NCBI GenBank assembly: GCA_964486815.1
Contig: CAZAOO010000011.1
Span: forward strand, 14,760 to 78,759
DNA from: an uncultured Thiotrichales bacterium
Lineage (GTDB): Bacteria > Pseudomonadota > Gammaproteobacteria > UBA4575
Length of the DNA stretch: 64,000 nucleotides
Direction of reading: 5' to 3'
The stretch's first letter is position 1. Every line of letters begins with the position of its first letter. The notes below the pieces were generated by a model. The model searched no databases. It was not told the origin of the DNA and saw only the letters and a program-made list of their open reading frames with translations. A program made the position numbers and the translations under genes. Below, in pieces: positions 10,095 to 19,793 of the stretch.

Positions 10095-10412
10095 CTAGCG
10101 TTGTGCTTTTTCTACCAACCCAGAAATCCCGAAGCGTTGGTTTAATTCTTCCAGAACATCTTCATGGCTCAACTTCTTTTGCGCTAAAAGAACCATGCAG
10201 TGGAACCATAAATCAGCAACCTCATGTATTAAATGTTCTGCATCATCTTTTTTTGCAGCCTCTATCGTTTCTCCCGTCTCTTCATCAATCTTATCTAGAA
10301 TTTTTTCTAGACCAGCTTCATATAAGCTTGCTACATAAGATTCATCTGGTCTTGCTGATTTGCGCTGCTCAAGTATCACTGCTAACCTTTGCAAGGTTTC
10401 ATTGTTGCTCAT
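10095..10412 (-). CDS. hisE: phosphoribosyl-ATP pyrophosphatase
   Basis: 105 aa; EEAGELIEA-like motif (ETGETIEAAK); overlaps the hisF stop. Confidence 0.85.
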   Translation of the reverse strand: MSNNETLQRLAVILEQRKSARPDESYVASLYEAGLEKILDKIDEETGETIEAAKKDDAEHLIHEVADLWFHCMVLLAQKKLSHEDVLEELNQRFGISGLVEKAQR

Positions 10413-10414
10413 AA

Positions 10415-11188
10415 TTATCTTCTCACCACGATCCCTTGCTCCGCCATATAATTTTTGGCTTGTTGGATAGTATATTCACCAAAGTGAAATATGCTAGCCG
10501 CCAGCACTGCATCTGCCTTGCCTATTGTCACGCCCTCAGCCAAATGAGCCAACGTGCCTACTCCCCCAGAGGCGATAACGGGAATACCAACGGCCTCACT
10601 GATGGCTCGTGTCAGCTGCAAATCAAATCCGATCTTTGTACCATCTCTATCCATGCTGGTTAGTAAAATCTCACCAGCACCAAAGTCTTGCATCTTCTGG
10701 GCCCATTCTAGCGCATCTAACCCTGTAGGCTTACGTCCGCCATGGGTAAATATTTCCCATCTCGGTAATTCACCCTCATTACTTACTTGTTTTGCATCAA
10801 TGGCCACTACGATGCATTGTGAGCCCACTTTATCACTAGCCTGTTTTACAAATTCCGGGTTAAATACTGCGGCTGTGTTTATCCCAACTTTGTCAGCACC
10901 AGCATTTAAGAGCGTTCGAATATCTTCTACCTTTCGAATACCCCCACCTACTGTGAGCGGAATAAATACTTCAGTGGCTACTTGCTCTACTACATGAACC
11001 ATCGTAGCACGGTTGTCTGAACTTGCCGTGATATCTAAAAAGGTTATCTCATCTGCTCCTTCATGATCATAACGCTTAGCAATCTCAACAGGATCTCCGG
11101 CATCACGAATGTCAACAAATTTGACGCCTTTGACTACTCGTCCTGCATCTACATCCAGACAAGGAATTATACGTTTAGCAAGAGGCAT
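10415..11188 (-). CDS. hisF: imidazole glycerol phosphate synthase cyclase subunit
   Basis: [21 protein letters not shown]... and the HisF TIM-barrel motifs. Confidence 0.95.
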   Translation of the reverse strand: MPLAKRIIPCLDVDAGRVVKGVKFVDIRDAGDPVEIAKRYDHEGADEITFLDITASSDNRATMVHVVEQVATEVFIPLTVGGGIRKVEDIRTLLNAGADKVGINTAAVFNPEFVKQASDKVGSQCIVVAIDAKQVSNEGELPRWEIFTHGGRKPTGLDALEWAQKMQDFGAGEILLTSMDRDGTKIGFDLQLTRAISEAVGIPVIASGGVGTLAHLAEGVTIGKADAVLAASIFHFGEYTIQQAKNYMAEQGIVVRR

Positions 11189-11270
11189 AGTTTAGAATCT
11201 TTAATGAAATAATCTCTATGCAACAACAGAGGTAATGTCTGTCATTTCATAAACATTTATTTAGTAATTA

Positions 11271-12008
11271 TTATGATTGATATGAATCAGCAAGCTTTTG
11301 TGCATGTTGAAATTCTATCGTGCCTTCATACAGTGCTCGACCAACAATGACACCGATGATACCTTCTTCATCACACTCACATAAGCGTTTGATATCATTT
11401 TCATCGGTTACACCACCTGAAGCAATTACAGGAATATGAATTGCAGCAGAAAGTTCTGCAGTGGATTCGACATTTACTCCTTGCATCATGCCGTCTCTGC
11501 TGATATCGGTAAACACGATTGCAGCAACACCATCCGCTTCAAAATGTTGCGCCATATCAATCACATCATGATGGGATAATTTCGACCAACCATCGATAGC
11601 CACTTTGCCATCTTTAGCATCTAAACCGACGATGATGTGGCCTGGAAATTCTAAACAAAGATCATTAATAAAATGCGGTGCACTAACGGCTTTAGTGCCA
11701 ATAATTACATATTGAACACCTACATCTAAATAAGCTTGCACGGTGTCTTCATCACGTATTCCACCGCCCACTTGAATTTCTAGTTTAGGATGATTCTCGG
11801 CAATACTATGAATAATTTCGCGGTTTACCGGCCCACCTGACGCAGCGCCATCTAAATCTACGATATGCAAGCGTTTTGCTCCAGCTTCCACCCAGCGGTC
11901 TGCTACCGCTACAGGGTTTTCAGAAAAAACCGTTACATCATCCATGCCGCCTTGTCGTAAGCGCACACATTTACCATCTTTCAAGTCAATTGCAGGTATA
12001 ACAATCAT
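11271..12008 (-). CDS. hisA: ProFAR isomerase
   Basis: MIVIPAIDLKDGKCVRL... Confidence 0.9.
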   Translation of the reverse strand: MIVIPAIDLKDGKCVRLRQGGMDDVTVFSENPVAVADRWVEAGAKRLHIVDLDGAASGGPVNREIIHSIAENHPKLEIQVGGGIRDEDTVQAYLDVGVQYVIIGTKAVSAPHFINDLCLEFPGHIIVGLDAKDGKVAIDGWSKLSHHDVIDMAQHFEADGVAAIVFTDISRDGMMQGVNVESTAELSAAIHIPVIASGGVTDENDIKRLCECDEEGIIGVIVGRALYEGTIEFQHAQKLADSYQS

Positions 12009-12011
12009 GAT

Positions 12012-12671
12012 TTAATTAACAGTGTTACTGCCATTCCAGTTTAAAAAGTTTTTTAGTAATTGCAAACCATCTCGAGCACTTTTCTCAGGATGGCATTGCA
12101 TCGCAAACACATTGTCTTGTGCGATTACTGAAGTAAATGTCGGGCCATAATTTGTGGTGCCCGCGATTAAACTATCGTTTTCTGTTGCCACGAAATAACT
12201 ATGCACAAAATAAAAATAACTAGACTCTGAAATATCTTTCCATAATGGGTGGCTTTGCTGTTGTTCAATACAGTTCCAACCCATATGTGGAACTTTAAAG
12301 TTATTATCACCCGAGCCTATCGATAAATGGTTACCAAAGTATTTCACACTGCCTTTATATATACCTAAACAGTCAATACCATCATTTTCTTCGCTCATTT
12401 GCATCAGCACTTGCATACCCATGCATATGCCTAGAAAAGGTTTTTGATTTGCAGCGTCGATGATTGCTGATGTTAAGTCGCATTCTTGTAGAGCAGACAT
12501 ACAATCTTTTGCGGCACCCTGACCAGGAAATATTACTTTGTCACTGGCAACAATTTCATCAGCATTAGAAGTAACAACAATTTTATCCTTCGGTCTGGCA
12601 ACATGTTCAACCGCCTTGGTAACAGAGTATAAATTACCCATACCGTAATCAATAATGGCAATATTGCTCAT
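12012..12671 (-). CDS. hisH: imidazole glycerol phosphate synthase glutaminase subunit
   Basis: IAIIDYGMGNLYSV, plus Cys (GICMGMQ) and His (HPE) triad residues. Confidence 0.9.
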   Translation of the reverse strand: MSNIAIIDYGMGNLYSVTKAVEHVARPKDKIVVTSNADEIVASDKVIFPGQGAAKDCMSALQECDLTSAIIDAANQKPFLGICMGMQVLMQMSEENDGIDCLGIYKGSVKYFGNHLSIGSGDNNFKVPHMGWNCIEQQQSHPLWKDISESSYFYFVHSYFVATENDSLIAGTTNYGPTFTSVIAQDNVFAMQCHPEKSARDGLQLLKNFLNWNGSNTVN

Positions 12672-12691
12672 AACTATTTAGCGTTTGAAAT

Positions 12692-13285
12692 TTACAAGCT
12701 TCCTTTAGTGGATGGAATTATTCCTTGCATACGCTCATCTGGTGCAGCCGCCATTCGTAGTGCCCGTCCAAATGCTTTGAAGACAGTCTCTGCAATGTGG
12801 TGAGAATTCACTCCAGTTAAACTATCAATATGCAAGGTTACATTTGCATGATTTACAAAACCTTGAAAAAACTCATGGGTTAAATCTACATCGAAATCCC
12901 CCACACGAGCACGCGTAAAGTCAACATGGAATTCTAGACCTGGTCTGCCTGAAAAATCGATGACCACACGCGATAATGCTTCATCCAACGGCACATAGGC
13001 ATGGCCATAACGCACAATTCCTTTTTTATCGCCAATCGCCTGGCTAAAGGCCTGGCCTAAAGTTATGCCGACATCTTCCACCGTATGATGCGCGTCAATT
13101 TCAAGATCACCTTTCGCTGCAATGCTTAGATCCAGCATGCCATGGCGGGCAATTTGATCAAGCATATGCTCGAAAAATGGCAGTCCAGTACTTAGTGAAG
13201 ACTTGCCGGTGCCATCAAGGTTTAACTGAATCGAAATTTGAGTTTCGTTGGTGTTGCGTTCAACGCTAGCAGTTCGTGCGGTCAC
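12692..13285 (-). CDS. hisB: imidazoleglycerol-phosphate dehydratase (monofunctional)
   Basis: [16 protein letters not shown] and the IGPD His/Glu motifs. Confidence 0.9.
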   Translation of the reverse strand: MTARTASVERNTNETQISIQLNLDGTGKSSLSTGLPFFEHMLDQIARHGMLDLSIAAKGDLEIDAHHTVEDVGITLGQAFSQAIGDKKGIVRYGHAYVPLDEALSRVVIDFSGRPGLEFHVDFTRARVGDFDVDLTHEFFQGFVNHANVTLHIDSLTGVNSHHIAETVFKAFGRALRMAAAPDERMQGIIPSTKGSL

Positions 13286-13381
13286 AGGAATTGTTATGGT
13301 TTTCGTTAATAGTAAGTAGGTTTAATAAAGCTTTTCTTTTAAATTTTTTGTATATATTTTGCATATTCTTTGTATATACTT

Positions 13382-13819
13382 TTATATTTCTAACCAGAAA
13401 GTTACTGGTCCATCATTGACTAGATGTACCTGCATATCCGCAGCAAACTTTCCTGATGAAACTTTAGCATAATCTGCTTTTAATTTGTCCAAAAAATAAT
13501 CAAACAACCGTTTACCATGATCTGCGGTTGCGGCAGCGGAAAAATTTGGCCTCAACCCTTTTGTGGTATCTGCCGCAAGTGTAAATTGTGGCACTACCAG
13601 TATATCGCCGCCTACTTGTTTAACGTTTTTATTAATTTTGTCATTTTCATCAGCAAACATTCGATAATCCAAGACTCGCTGCTGCATCAAAACTGCTGAC
13701 TTCTCAGTATCCTGTTTCTGCACTGCTAAAAATATTAAAATCCCTTTATTAGCACTTGCAACATTATCGCCATCAATCACTACACTTGCATTAATAACAC
13801 GTTGTAGCAAAGCAATCAT
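13382..13819 (-). CDS. dtd: D-aminoacyl-tRNA deacylase
   Basis: 145 aa; MIALLQRV...PQFTL motif region. Confidence 0.85.
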   Translation of the reverse strand: MIALLQRVINASVVIDGDNVASANKGILIFLAVQKQDTEKSAVLMQQRVLDYRMFADENDKINKNVKQVGGDILVVPQFTLAADTTKGLRPNFSAAATADHGKRLFDYFLDKLKADYAKVSSGKFAADMQVHLVNDGPVTFWLEI

Positions 13820-14772
13820 GACAATAACTTTGTAAATTTTTGTGTGGCACGCAGCAACGCATCCACATTCTCCTTCTCGGTTGCAGAATGCCCTGATTTT
13901 GGTGTAATGATTAATTCAGCAGCGGGCCAAGCCTGCTTTAATAAATATGCTTGCTCAATAGGACACACCACATCATATCGGCCATGCACGATCACACCTG
14001 GTATATCCTGTAGCTTATAAGCATCTTCAAGTAATTGATTGTTACGCATAAATGAATGATTCACAAAATAGTGGCATTCAATTCGTGCTAAACTTAACGC
14101 TGTATGTGGGTCAGCGAAATGCTCTATAACACTATCCTTAGCGACTAAATTTGAAGTGCTGCCTTCCCATTTAGACCATGCACGAGCTGCCTCGATTTGC
14201 TTTTCGTCATCACTTGAAATTAAACGCTTATAATATGCTGAAACCAGATCATTGCGCTCAGCTTGCGGAATCACATTTATATAGTTTTGCCAAAGGTCGG
14301 GGTAAATGTAGCTAGCCCCGTCCTGGTAAAACCACTGGATATCACGTTGTCGACAAAGAAAAATACCCCTCAATATCAAACCAGATACGCATTCTGTGTG
14401 AGCTTGTGCATAGGCTAAGGCCAGGGTAGAACCCCAGGACCCACCAAATACCAACCATGTTTTTATCTTTAGGTGTGCGCGTATGGTTTCTATATCTGTG
14501 ACTAAATGCTGTGTGGTGTTTTCAAGCAGTTCGGCATGCGGTGTTGAACGACCACAACCACGTTGATCAAATAAAATAATTCGATATAGCTCAGGATCAA
14601 AAAATCTACGCTGAAATGGTTCACAAGCAGCACCTGGTCCACCGTGTAAAAAAACTACCGGGATGCCCTGTGGGTTGCCGCATTCTTCAATCCACAATGT
14701 ATGAAATTCCGAAACTCTGAGCTGGAATTGGTGATAGGGCTCTATTTCAGGATATAAATCCAATAATTCCAT
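13816..14772 (-). CDS. pip: proline iminopeptidase (alpha/beta hydrolase)
   Basis: VVFLHGGPG ... GGSWGSTLALAYA, a nucleophile elbow. Confidence 0.85.
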   Translation of the reverse strand: MELLDLYPEIEPYHQFQLRVSEFHTLWIEECGNPQGIPVVFLHGGPGAACEPFQRRFFDPELYRIILFDQRGCGRSTPHAELLENTTQHLVTDIETIRAHLKIKTWLVFGGSWGSTLALAYAQAHTECVSGLILRGIFLCRQRDIQWFYQDGASYIYPDLWQNYINVIPQAERNDLVSAYYKRLISSDDEKQIEAARAWSKWEGSTSNLVAKDSVIEHFADPHTALSLARIECHYFVNHSFMRNNQLLEDAYKLQDIPGVIVHGRYDVVCPIEQAYLLKQAWPAAELIITPKSGHSATEKENVDALLRATQKFTKLLS

Positions 14773-14802
14773 TTTTATCTATAAGTTATTTTTAGCTCGC
14801 AG

Positions 14803-15396
14803 TCATCTTTTTTGTGCAACTAATAAAGCGCTATCACGCAAGCCTTTTTTAACATCTCCTACTGTTCCATTCTCTTGATATATCAAAACATGTAATGGTG
14901 AAAATAATGCTAACAACTCATTAGACTGCAATCTATATACAGGATTGCCCGGACCATTATCAGTTACTTTTTCATTAATAAAGGTTTGATAATACAACAA
15001 GCCATTTGGCCTTAGTGCAGCAATTATATCTTGCACTATAGTTCTCTCCAGATAGTAACTGACGCAAATTACATCAAATGAATGGGCGGCTGGCGGCTGT
15101 TGCTCTACATTCCTAACTTCAGTCGTTATCGATAAACCACTTTTCTTACAGCGTGCTTGTAGACGCAGTATTGCATTTTCAGATATGTCCCATGCATGAG
15201 TTTGCAAGCCAGTGTTTGCTAAAAATTGAGCATTACCGCCCAAGCCACAGGCAAGGTCCAACGCTATCCCAAATTTGGGGAGCAAATAAGAATACTCATG
15301 CAAGACAAACACAGCTTTGGTTTTTTGCTCTGACTCAGTTTGGTCGTAAGTGGCATAAATATCATTCCACTTCTTTTCAGTAAAATGGTCCGCCAT
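14803..15396 (-). CDS. class I SAM-dependent methyltransferase; start probably at the internal Met (MADHF)
   Basis: ALDLACGLGGNAQFL, SAM-binding motif I. Confidence 0.6.
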   Translation of the reverse strand: MADHFTEKKWNDIYATYDQTESEQKTKAVFVLHEYSYLLPKFGIALDLACGLGGNAQFLANTGLQTHAWDISENAILRLQARCKKSGLSITTEVRNVEQQPPAAHSFDVICVSYYLERTIVQDIIAALRPNGLLYYQTFINEKVTDNGPGNPVYRLQSNELLALFSPLHVLIYQENGTVGDVKKGLRDSALLVAQKR

Positions 15397-15403
15397 GAAT
15401 AAA

Positions 15404-16855
15404 TTAGCGTCGCCAGAATGCAGGTGTAAGCACAACCAACAAAGTAAAAATTTCTAATCGTCCCAGCAACATACCCAAACATAACACCCATTTACTAAAA
15501 TCATTAATACTGGTGTAGTTTGCACCCACTTCTCCTAATCCTGGTCCTAAATTATTGAGTGTTGCTGCCACCGCAGAAAAAGCCGTGACTTGATCCAAAC
15601 CAGATGCCATTAATAGCAAAAGCATCACAACAAATACAGCGATGTACGCTGAAAAGAAACCCCAAACCGCTTCAATAATTCGGCCGTCGACGGGTTTTGT
15701 ACCTATTTTCACTGCTATTTTTGCATTAGGGTGAATCAAGCGCATCATTTCACGCATGCCTTGCTTTGCGAGTAATAACACACGAATTACCTTCATGCCG
15801 CCACCCGTTGAACCCGCACAGCCGCCAATAAAACTTGCCAGAATAAGCAATAGTGGTAAAAAACTCGGCCATAAACTATATTGAGAAGTAGTAAAGCCAG
15901 CTGTAGTTGCAATGGATACGGTATGAAAAACTGCTTTTAAAAAAGCATCTCCTATGCTTAGGTAGACTTCATTTACACGCAAAAATAGTGTTGTGATAAT
16001 TGTGATAGAAATAATTACCAAGAAGTACGTTTTAAATTCTGCATCTTGAAAATAATGTCGCAAACTCTGTGACTTCCAGGTTATAAAATGCAGCCCAAAA
16101 TTTAAACCAGATAACAACATGAAGATAATGGCTACGGTTTCAATCGCTACACTACGAAAATACCCTATACTTTCGTCATGGGTTGAGAAACCTCCAATTG
16201 CCACGGTTGAGAAACTATGGCCTATCGCATCAAATACTGACATGCCCGCCAACCAGTAGCCAAGTGCACAGGCGATAGTTAATGACAGGTAGATATACCA
16301 AAGTGCTTTCGCAGTCTCTTTAATACGTGGCGTTAATTTAGTATCTTTAACAGGTCCTGGTGTCTCTGCACGATAAAGTTGCATACCGCCGACACCCAAA
16401 ATAGGCAAAATGGCAACTGCCAAGACAATTATTCCCATGCCGCCCAACCACTGCAGCGCTTGGCGATAAAACAAAATTGATTTCGGTAATTCATCAAGGT
16501 TTACGATTACCGTTGCGCCTGTAGTCGTTAAGCCTGAAATAGATTCAAAAATAGAATCTGTGATGCCGATAGAAACAGAATTACTCAGCCACAGTGGCAG
16601 TGCGCCAAAAAGCCCGAGAACTGTCCAAAATAAAACAACGATTAAAAATCCATCGCGTAAACGCAGATCATCTCTGGCACTACGAACTGGATACCACAGT
16701 AGCAATCCGGTTAAGAGTGTAATTAGAAATGCTACCGCAAATGGAGCATATGCATGTTCTGCATAAATAACGTCAACTAGAATTGGCGGCAACATGGTAA
16801 AGCTAAACCACGCAAGCAAGATACCTAGAACACGCTGAATTATTTGTCTTTGCAT
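15404..16855 (-). CDS. trkH: potassium uptake protein TrkH
   Basis: 483 aa polytopic protein; adjacent to trkA. Confidence 0.9.
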   Translation of the reverse strand: MQRQIIQRVLGILLAWFSFTMLPPILVDVIYAEHAYAPFAVAFLITLLTGLLLWYPVRSARDDLRLRDGFLIVVLFWTVLGLFGALPLWLSNSVSIGITDSIFESISGLTTTGATVIVNLDELPKSILFYRQALQWLGGMGIIVLAVAILPILGVGGMQLYRAETPGPVKDTKLTPRIKETAKALWYIYLSLTIACALGYWLAGMSVFDAIGHSFSTVAIGGFSTHDESIGYFRSVAIETVAIIFMLLSGLNFGLHFITWKSQSLRHYFQDAEFKTYFLVIISITIITTLFLRVNEVYLSIGDAFLKAVFHTVSIATTAGFTTSQYSLWPSFLPLLLILASFIGGCAGSTGGGMKVIRVLLLAKQGMREMMRLIHPNAKIAVKIGTKPVDGRIIEAVWGFFSAYIAVFVVMLLLLMASGLDQVTAFSAVAATLNNLGPGLGEVGANYTSINDFSKWVLCLGMLLGRLEIFTLLVVLTPAFWRR

Positions 16856-16933
16856 GTAAGTACTTGTGAATAAATATTTGAGAAAATATCTAAAAGTGCC
16901 AGATATCTAAAATACAAATAATAAAGTATTTCG

Positions 16934-18307
16934 TTATATAAAAGTTGCGCTGACTTGAAATAGCCGTTCAATATCTTTAACTGCAGACTTGTCTGCCAAA
17001 AACATAATTACGTGATCTTCAGACTCTATAATGATATTTGCTTCAGCCATTATTACTTCCTCGCCTCGTGCTATAGCGCCGATAGCTGCGCCATTTGGAA
17101 GGTTGATTTGCTCTATTTTACGCCCGACAACTTTTGAAGTCTTTTTGTCGCCGTGTGCTACCGCTTCAATCGCTTCCGCTGCACCTCGACGTAATGAATG
17201 CACCGAAACAATATCGCCTTTACGCACATGGGTAAGCAAAGTACCTAAAGTTACTTGTTGAGGTGAAATAGCAATATCAATTATGCCACTTTCAACTAAA
17301 TCCACATAACTTGGGCGATTTATAAGTGACATTACTTTATTTGCCCCTAAACGTTTTGCCAGCATCGCAGAAAGTATGTTTGCTTCATCATCGTTGGTAA
17401 GCGCACAAAAAACATCCATATTTTCAATATTCTCTTCTCGTAACATATCTTGGTCTGCTGCATCACCCTGTAAAACAATAGTTTTGTTGAGTGCCTCTGA
17501 TAAATAATTAGCACGGTCAGGGGAACGCTCGATTATTTTAACTTGATACTGATTTTCAAGAGACTTAGCAAGATGCAATCCGATATTGCCGCCACCAGCT
17601 AGTAAAATCCGTTTATAAGGTTTATTTGTGCCGCGTAATTGCGTAGTAATCTCAGTAGCGTTGGAAGATGAAGCGAGAAAAAATACCTCGTCATTAGTTT
17701 GTATATGCCCTTCGCTATGCAGCGTAATGGACTTATTGTTACGATAAATTGCAACTACTTTAGCTTCAGTTTCTGGCATGTCTTGCCAAATTTCATCAAC
17801 TCGCTTGCCACTTAGTGGCCCATTCAGTTCCGCGCGCATGGCTAAAAGTTTAACTTTGCCATCTGCGAAATCTAACACTTGCAAAGAGCCCGGGTGCTCA
17901 ATCAAACGTTGTATATATTGTGAAATTAAATGCTCGGGACTAATTAATACATCCACTGGTAAAGCTTCTTGCACAAATAAATCACTATAGGTGAGATATT
18001 CCACCGCACGAATACGAGCAATTTTAGTAGGTGTATGAAATAAAGTATAAGCCACCTGACACGCAACCATATTGGTTTCATCACTATTGGTAAGAGCGAC
18101 AACCATATCGGCATCTTTGGCGCCCGCTTGAGCAAGTACTGATGGATGCGACGCTTCACCTACGATAGTACGCAAATCGGCCCGATCTTGAATGTCTTGT
18201 AAAACGCTAGCGTTAGTATCCACTAGGGTTATATCGTTATTTTCATTTGCCAGGCTAAGCGCTAAAGATCCGCCAACCTGGCCTGCACCTAAGATTATGA
18301 TTTTCAT
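16934..18307 (-). CDS. trkA: potassium uptake NAD-binding protein TrkA
   Basis: MKIIILGAGQVGGSLA, with two Rossmann (TrkA-N) and two TrkA-C domains in 457 aa. Confidence 0.9.
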   Translation of the reverse strand: MKIIILGAGQVGGSLALSLANENNDITLVDTNASVLQDIQDRADLRTIVGEASHPSVLAQAGAKDADMVVALTNSDETNMVACQVAYTLFHTPTKIARIRAVEYLTYSDLFVQEALPVDVLISPEHLISQYIQRLIEHPGSLQVLDFADGKVKLLAMRAELNGPLSGKRVDEIWQDMPETEAKVVAIYRNNKSITLHSEGHIQTNDEVFFLASSSNATEITTQLRGTNKPYKRILLAGGGNIGLHLAKSLENQYQVKIIERSPDRANYLSEALNKTIVLQGDAADQDMLREENIENMDVFCALTNDDEANILSAMLAKRLGANKVMSLINRPSYVDLVESGIIDIAISPQQVTLGTLLTHVRKGDIVSVHSLRRGAAEAIEAVAHGDKKTSKVVGRKIEQINLPNGAAIGAIARGEEVIMAEANIIIESEDHVIMFLADKSAVKDIERLFQVSATFI

Positions 18308-18419
18308 ATAAAATTTACTCCAGCCTGCAATAAAAATATGGCTGTTTACAGGCGGCGCAGGATAGGCGCGTTATTTAATAGTTGCAAGCCCTTTTCTATA
18401 TACGCGTCTATACGCGCGT

Positions 18420-19793
18420 TTATGTAGATTCTTTGGTATTAATGCCTAATGCACGCAATTTGCGATAAAGGTGAGTACGCTCCAGCCCAACACGTTCAGA
18501 TAATTTACTTATAATGCCGTCTACCTGTTCCAGCTGGTATAAAAAATAGCTGCGTTCAAACGATTCACGAGCTTCTCTAAGCGGCAGTTGATAAAGTTCT
18601 TCATATTCGGATGAACTTATTGTCGCTCCAGTCGCCTGTTCTGCACTTTGTTCTTCAATAGCGGTTTCTACTTCTTTGGCTGATACCTCATCTGCTGAAC
18701 TTAAAATAAGTAATCTTTGGACTAAGTTTTTAAGCTCGCGAATATTCCCGGGCCAGGTGTAATGAAGCAATCTATTTTGAGCTGCAATGGCAAAATTTCG
18801 ATATGGATAATTTTCTTTTGAACAATAGTAATCAGTGTAGTACCTCAATAACTCAGGGACATCTTGCAAGTGCTCACGCAATGCTGGAATACGAACCGGT
18901 ATAACATTTAGCAAGAAAAATAACTCGTCATCAAACCGATCTGTCTTAACAGCAGCCTGTAAATCTGTCTGTGTTGCGGTCATTATTCGCACATCTAATT
19001 TTTGTGCACTTACACCACCAATACGCCTGTATTGTTTCTTTTGTAATAAGTGAGCCAAAATCTTCTGGCCTTGTGAATTCAGTTTTGCAACATTATTGAT
19101 AAAAATTGTGCCGCCTTTGCATAACTCTAAAATACCTGCGGTAACCATCTCATTTTCTTCTGTTCCACATAACTGCTTGGCGGATTCGCGACTATTAAAG
19201 TTATCTTCATTAAGAGTTATAAATCGCTTGGATTTTCTCGTACTTAACGAATGTACAAAATTAGCAAATGCTTTTTTACCGACTCCAGACTCGCCTTTAA
19301 TCAGTAAAACATTATCATGTGCAGCTAATTTTTTAGCTTGCTCACGCAGAGATTGAATGGCTAGACTAGACCCAATTGGCATCTCTATGGAATCACTTGA
19401 GGAAGTTGACTCCGCGTTTTTTACACCCGCCTCTAATGCTCGCTTTACACTTACTAGCAACTTCGCCATGGTCAAGGGCTTTTCAATAAAATCATATGCA
19501 CCAAGGCGAGTAGCCTCAATCGCTGTTTCGACCGTTCCGTGTCCTGACATCATTACCACCGGGCAATCGATACTGCCACTATCTTGCCAATCTTTGAGCA
19601 AGCTAATACCATCCTCTCCAGGCATCCAGATGTCGAGTAATACCAAGTCGGGTTGTTGGCTATCCGCATGTTTTCTTGCAACCGTTGTATTTTCAGCGAC
19701 ACTTACCTTATATCCTTCATCCATCAAAATTTCTTGTACCAGATTTCGAATATCGGGCTCGTCATCAACTACTAATATGCTTGCTTGGCTCAT
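18420..19793 (-). CDS. ntrX: sigma-54-family response regulator, NtrX-like, with a degenerate GAFTGA motif
   Basis: Receiver domain (VVDDEPDIR...D54), AAA+ domain (GESGVGK) and a C-terminal HTH. No GAFTGA motif is present. The gene is coupled by an ATGA overlap to the upstream NtrY-like kinase. Confidence 0.65.
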   Translation of the reverse strand: MSQASILVVDDEPDIRNLVQEILMDEGYKVSVAENTTVARKHADSQQPDLVLLDIWMPGEDGISLLKDWQDSGSIDCPVVMMSGHGTVETAIEATRLGAYDFIEKPLTMAKLLVSVKRALEAGVKNAESTSSSDSIEMPIGSSLAIQSLREQAKKLAAHDNVLLIKGESGVGKKAFANFVHSLSTRKSKRFITLNEDNFNSRESAKQLCGTEENEMVTAGILELCKGGTIFINNVAKLNSQGQKILAHLLQKKQYRRIGGVSAQKLDVRIMTATQTDLQAAVKTDRFDDELFFLLNVIPVRIPALREHLQDVPELLRYYTDYYCSKENYPYRNFAIAAQNRLLHYTWPGNIRELKNLVQRLLILSSADEVSAKEVETAIEEQSAEQATGATISSSEYEELYQLPLREARESFERSYFLYQLEQVDGIISKLSERVGLERTHLYRKLRALGINTKEST

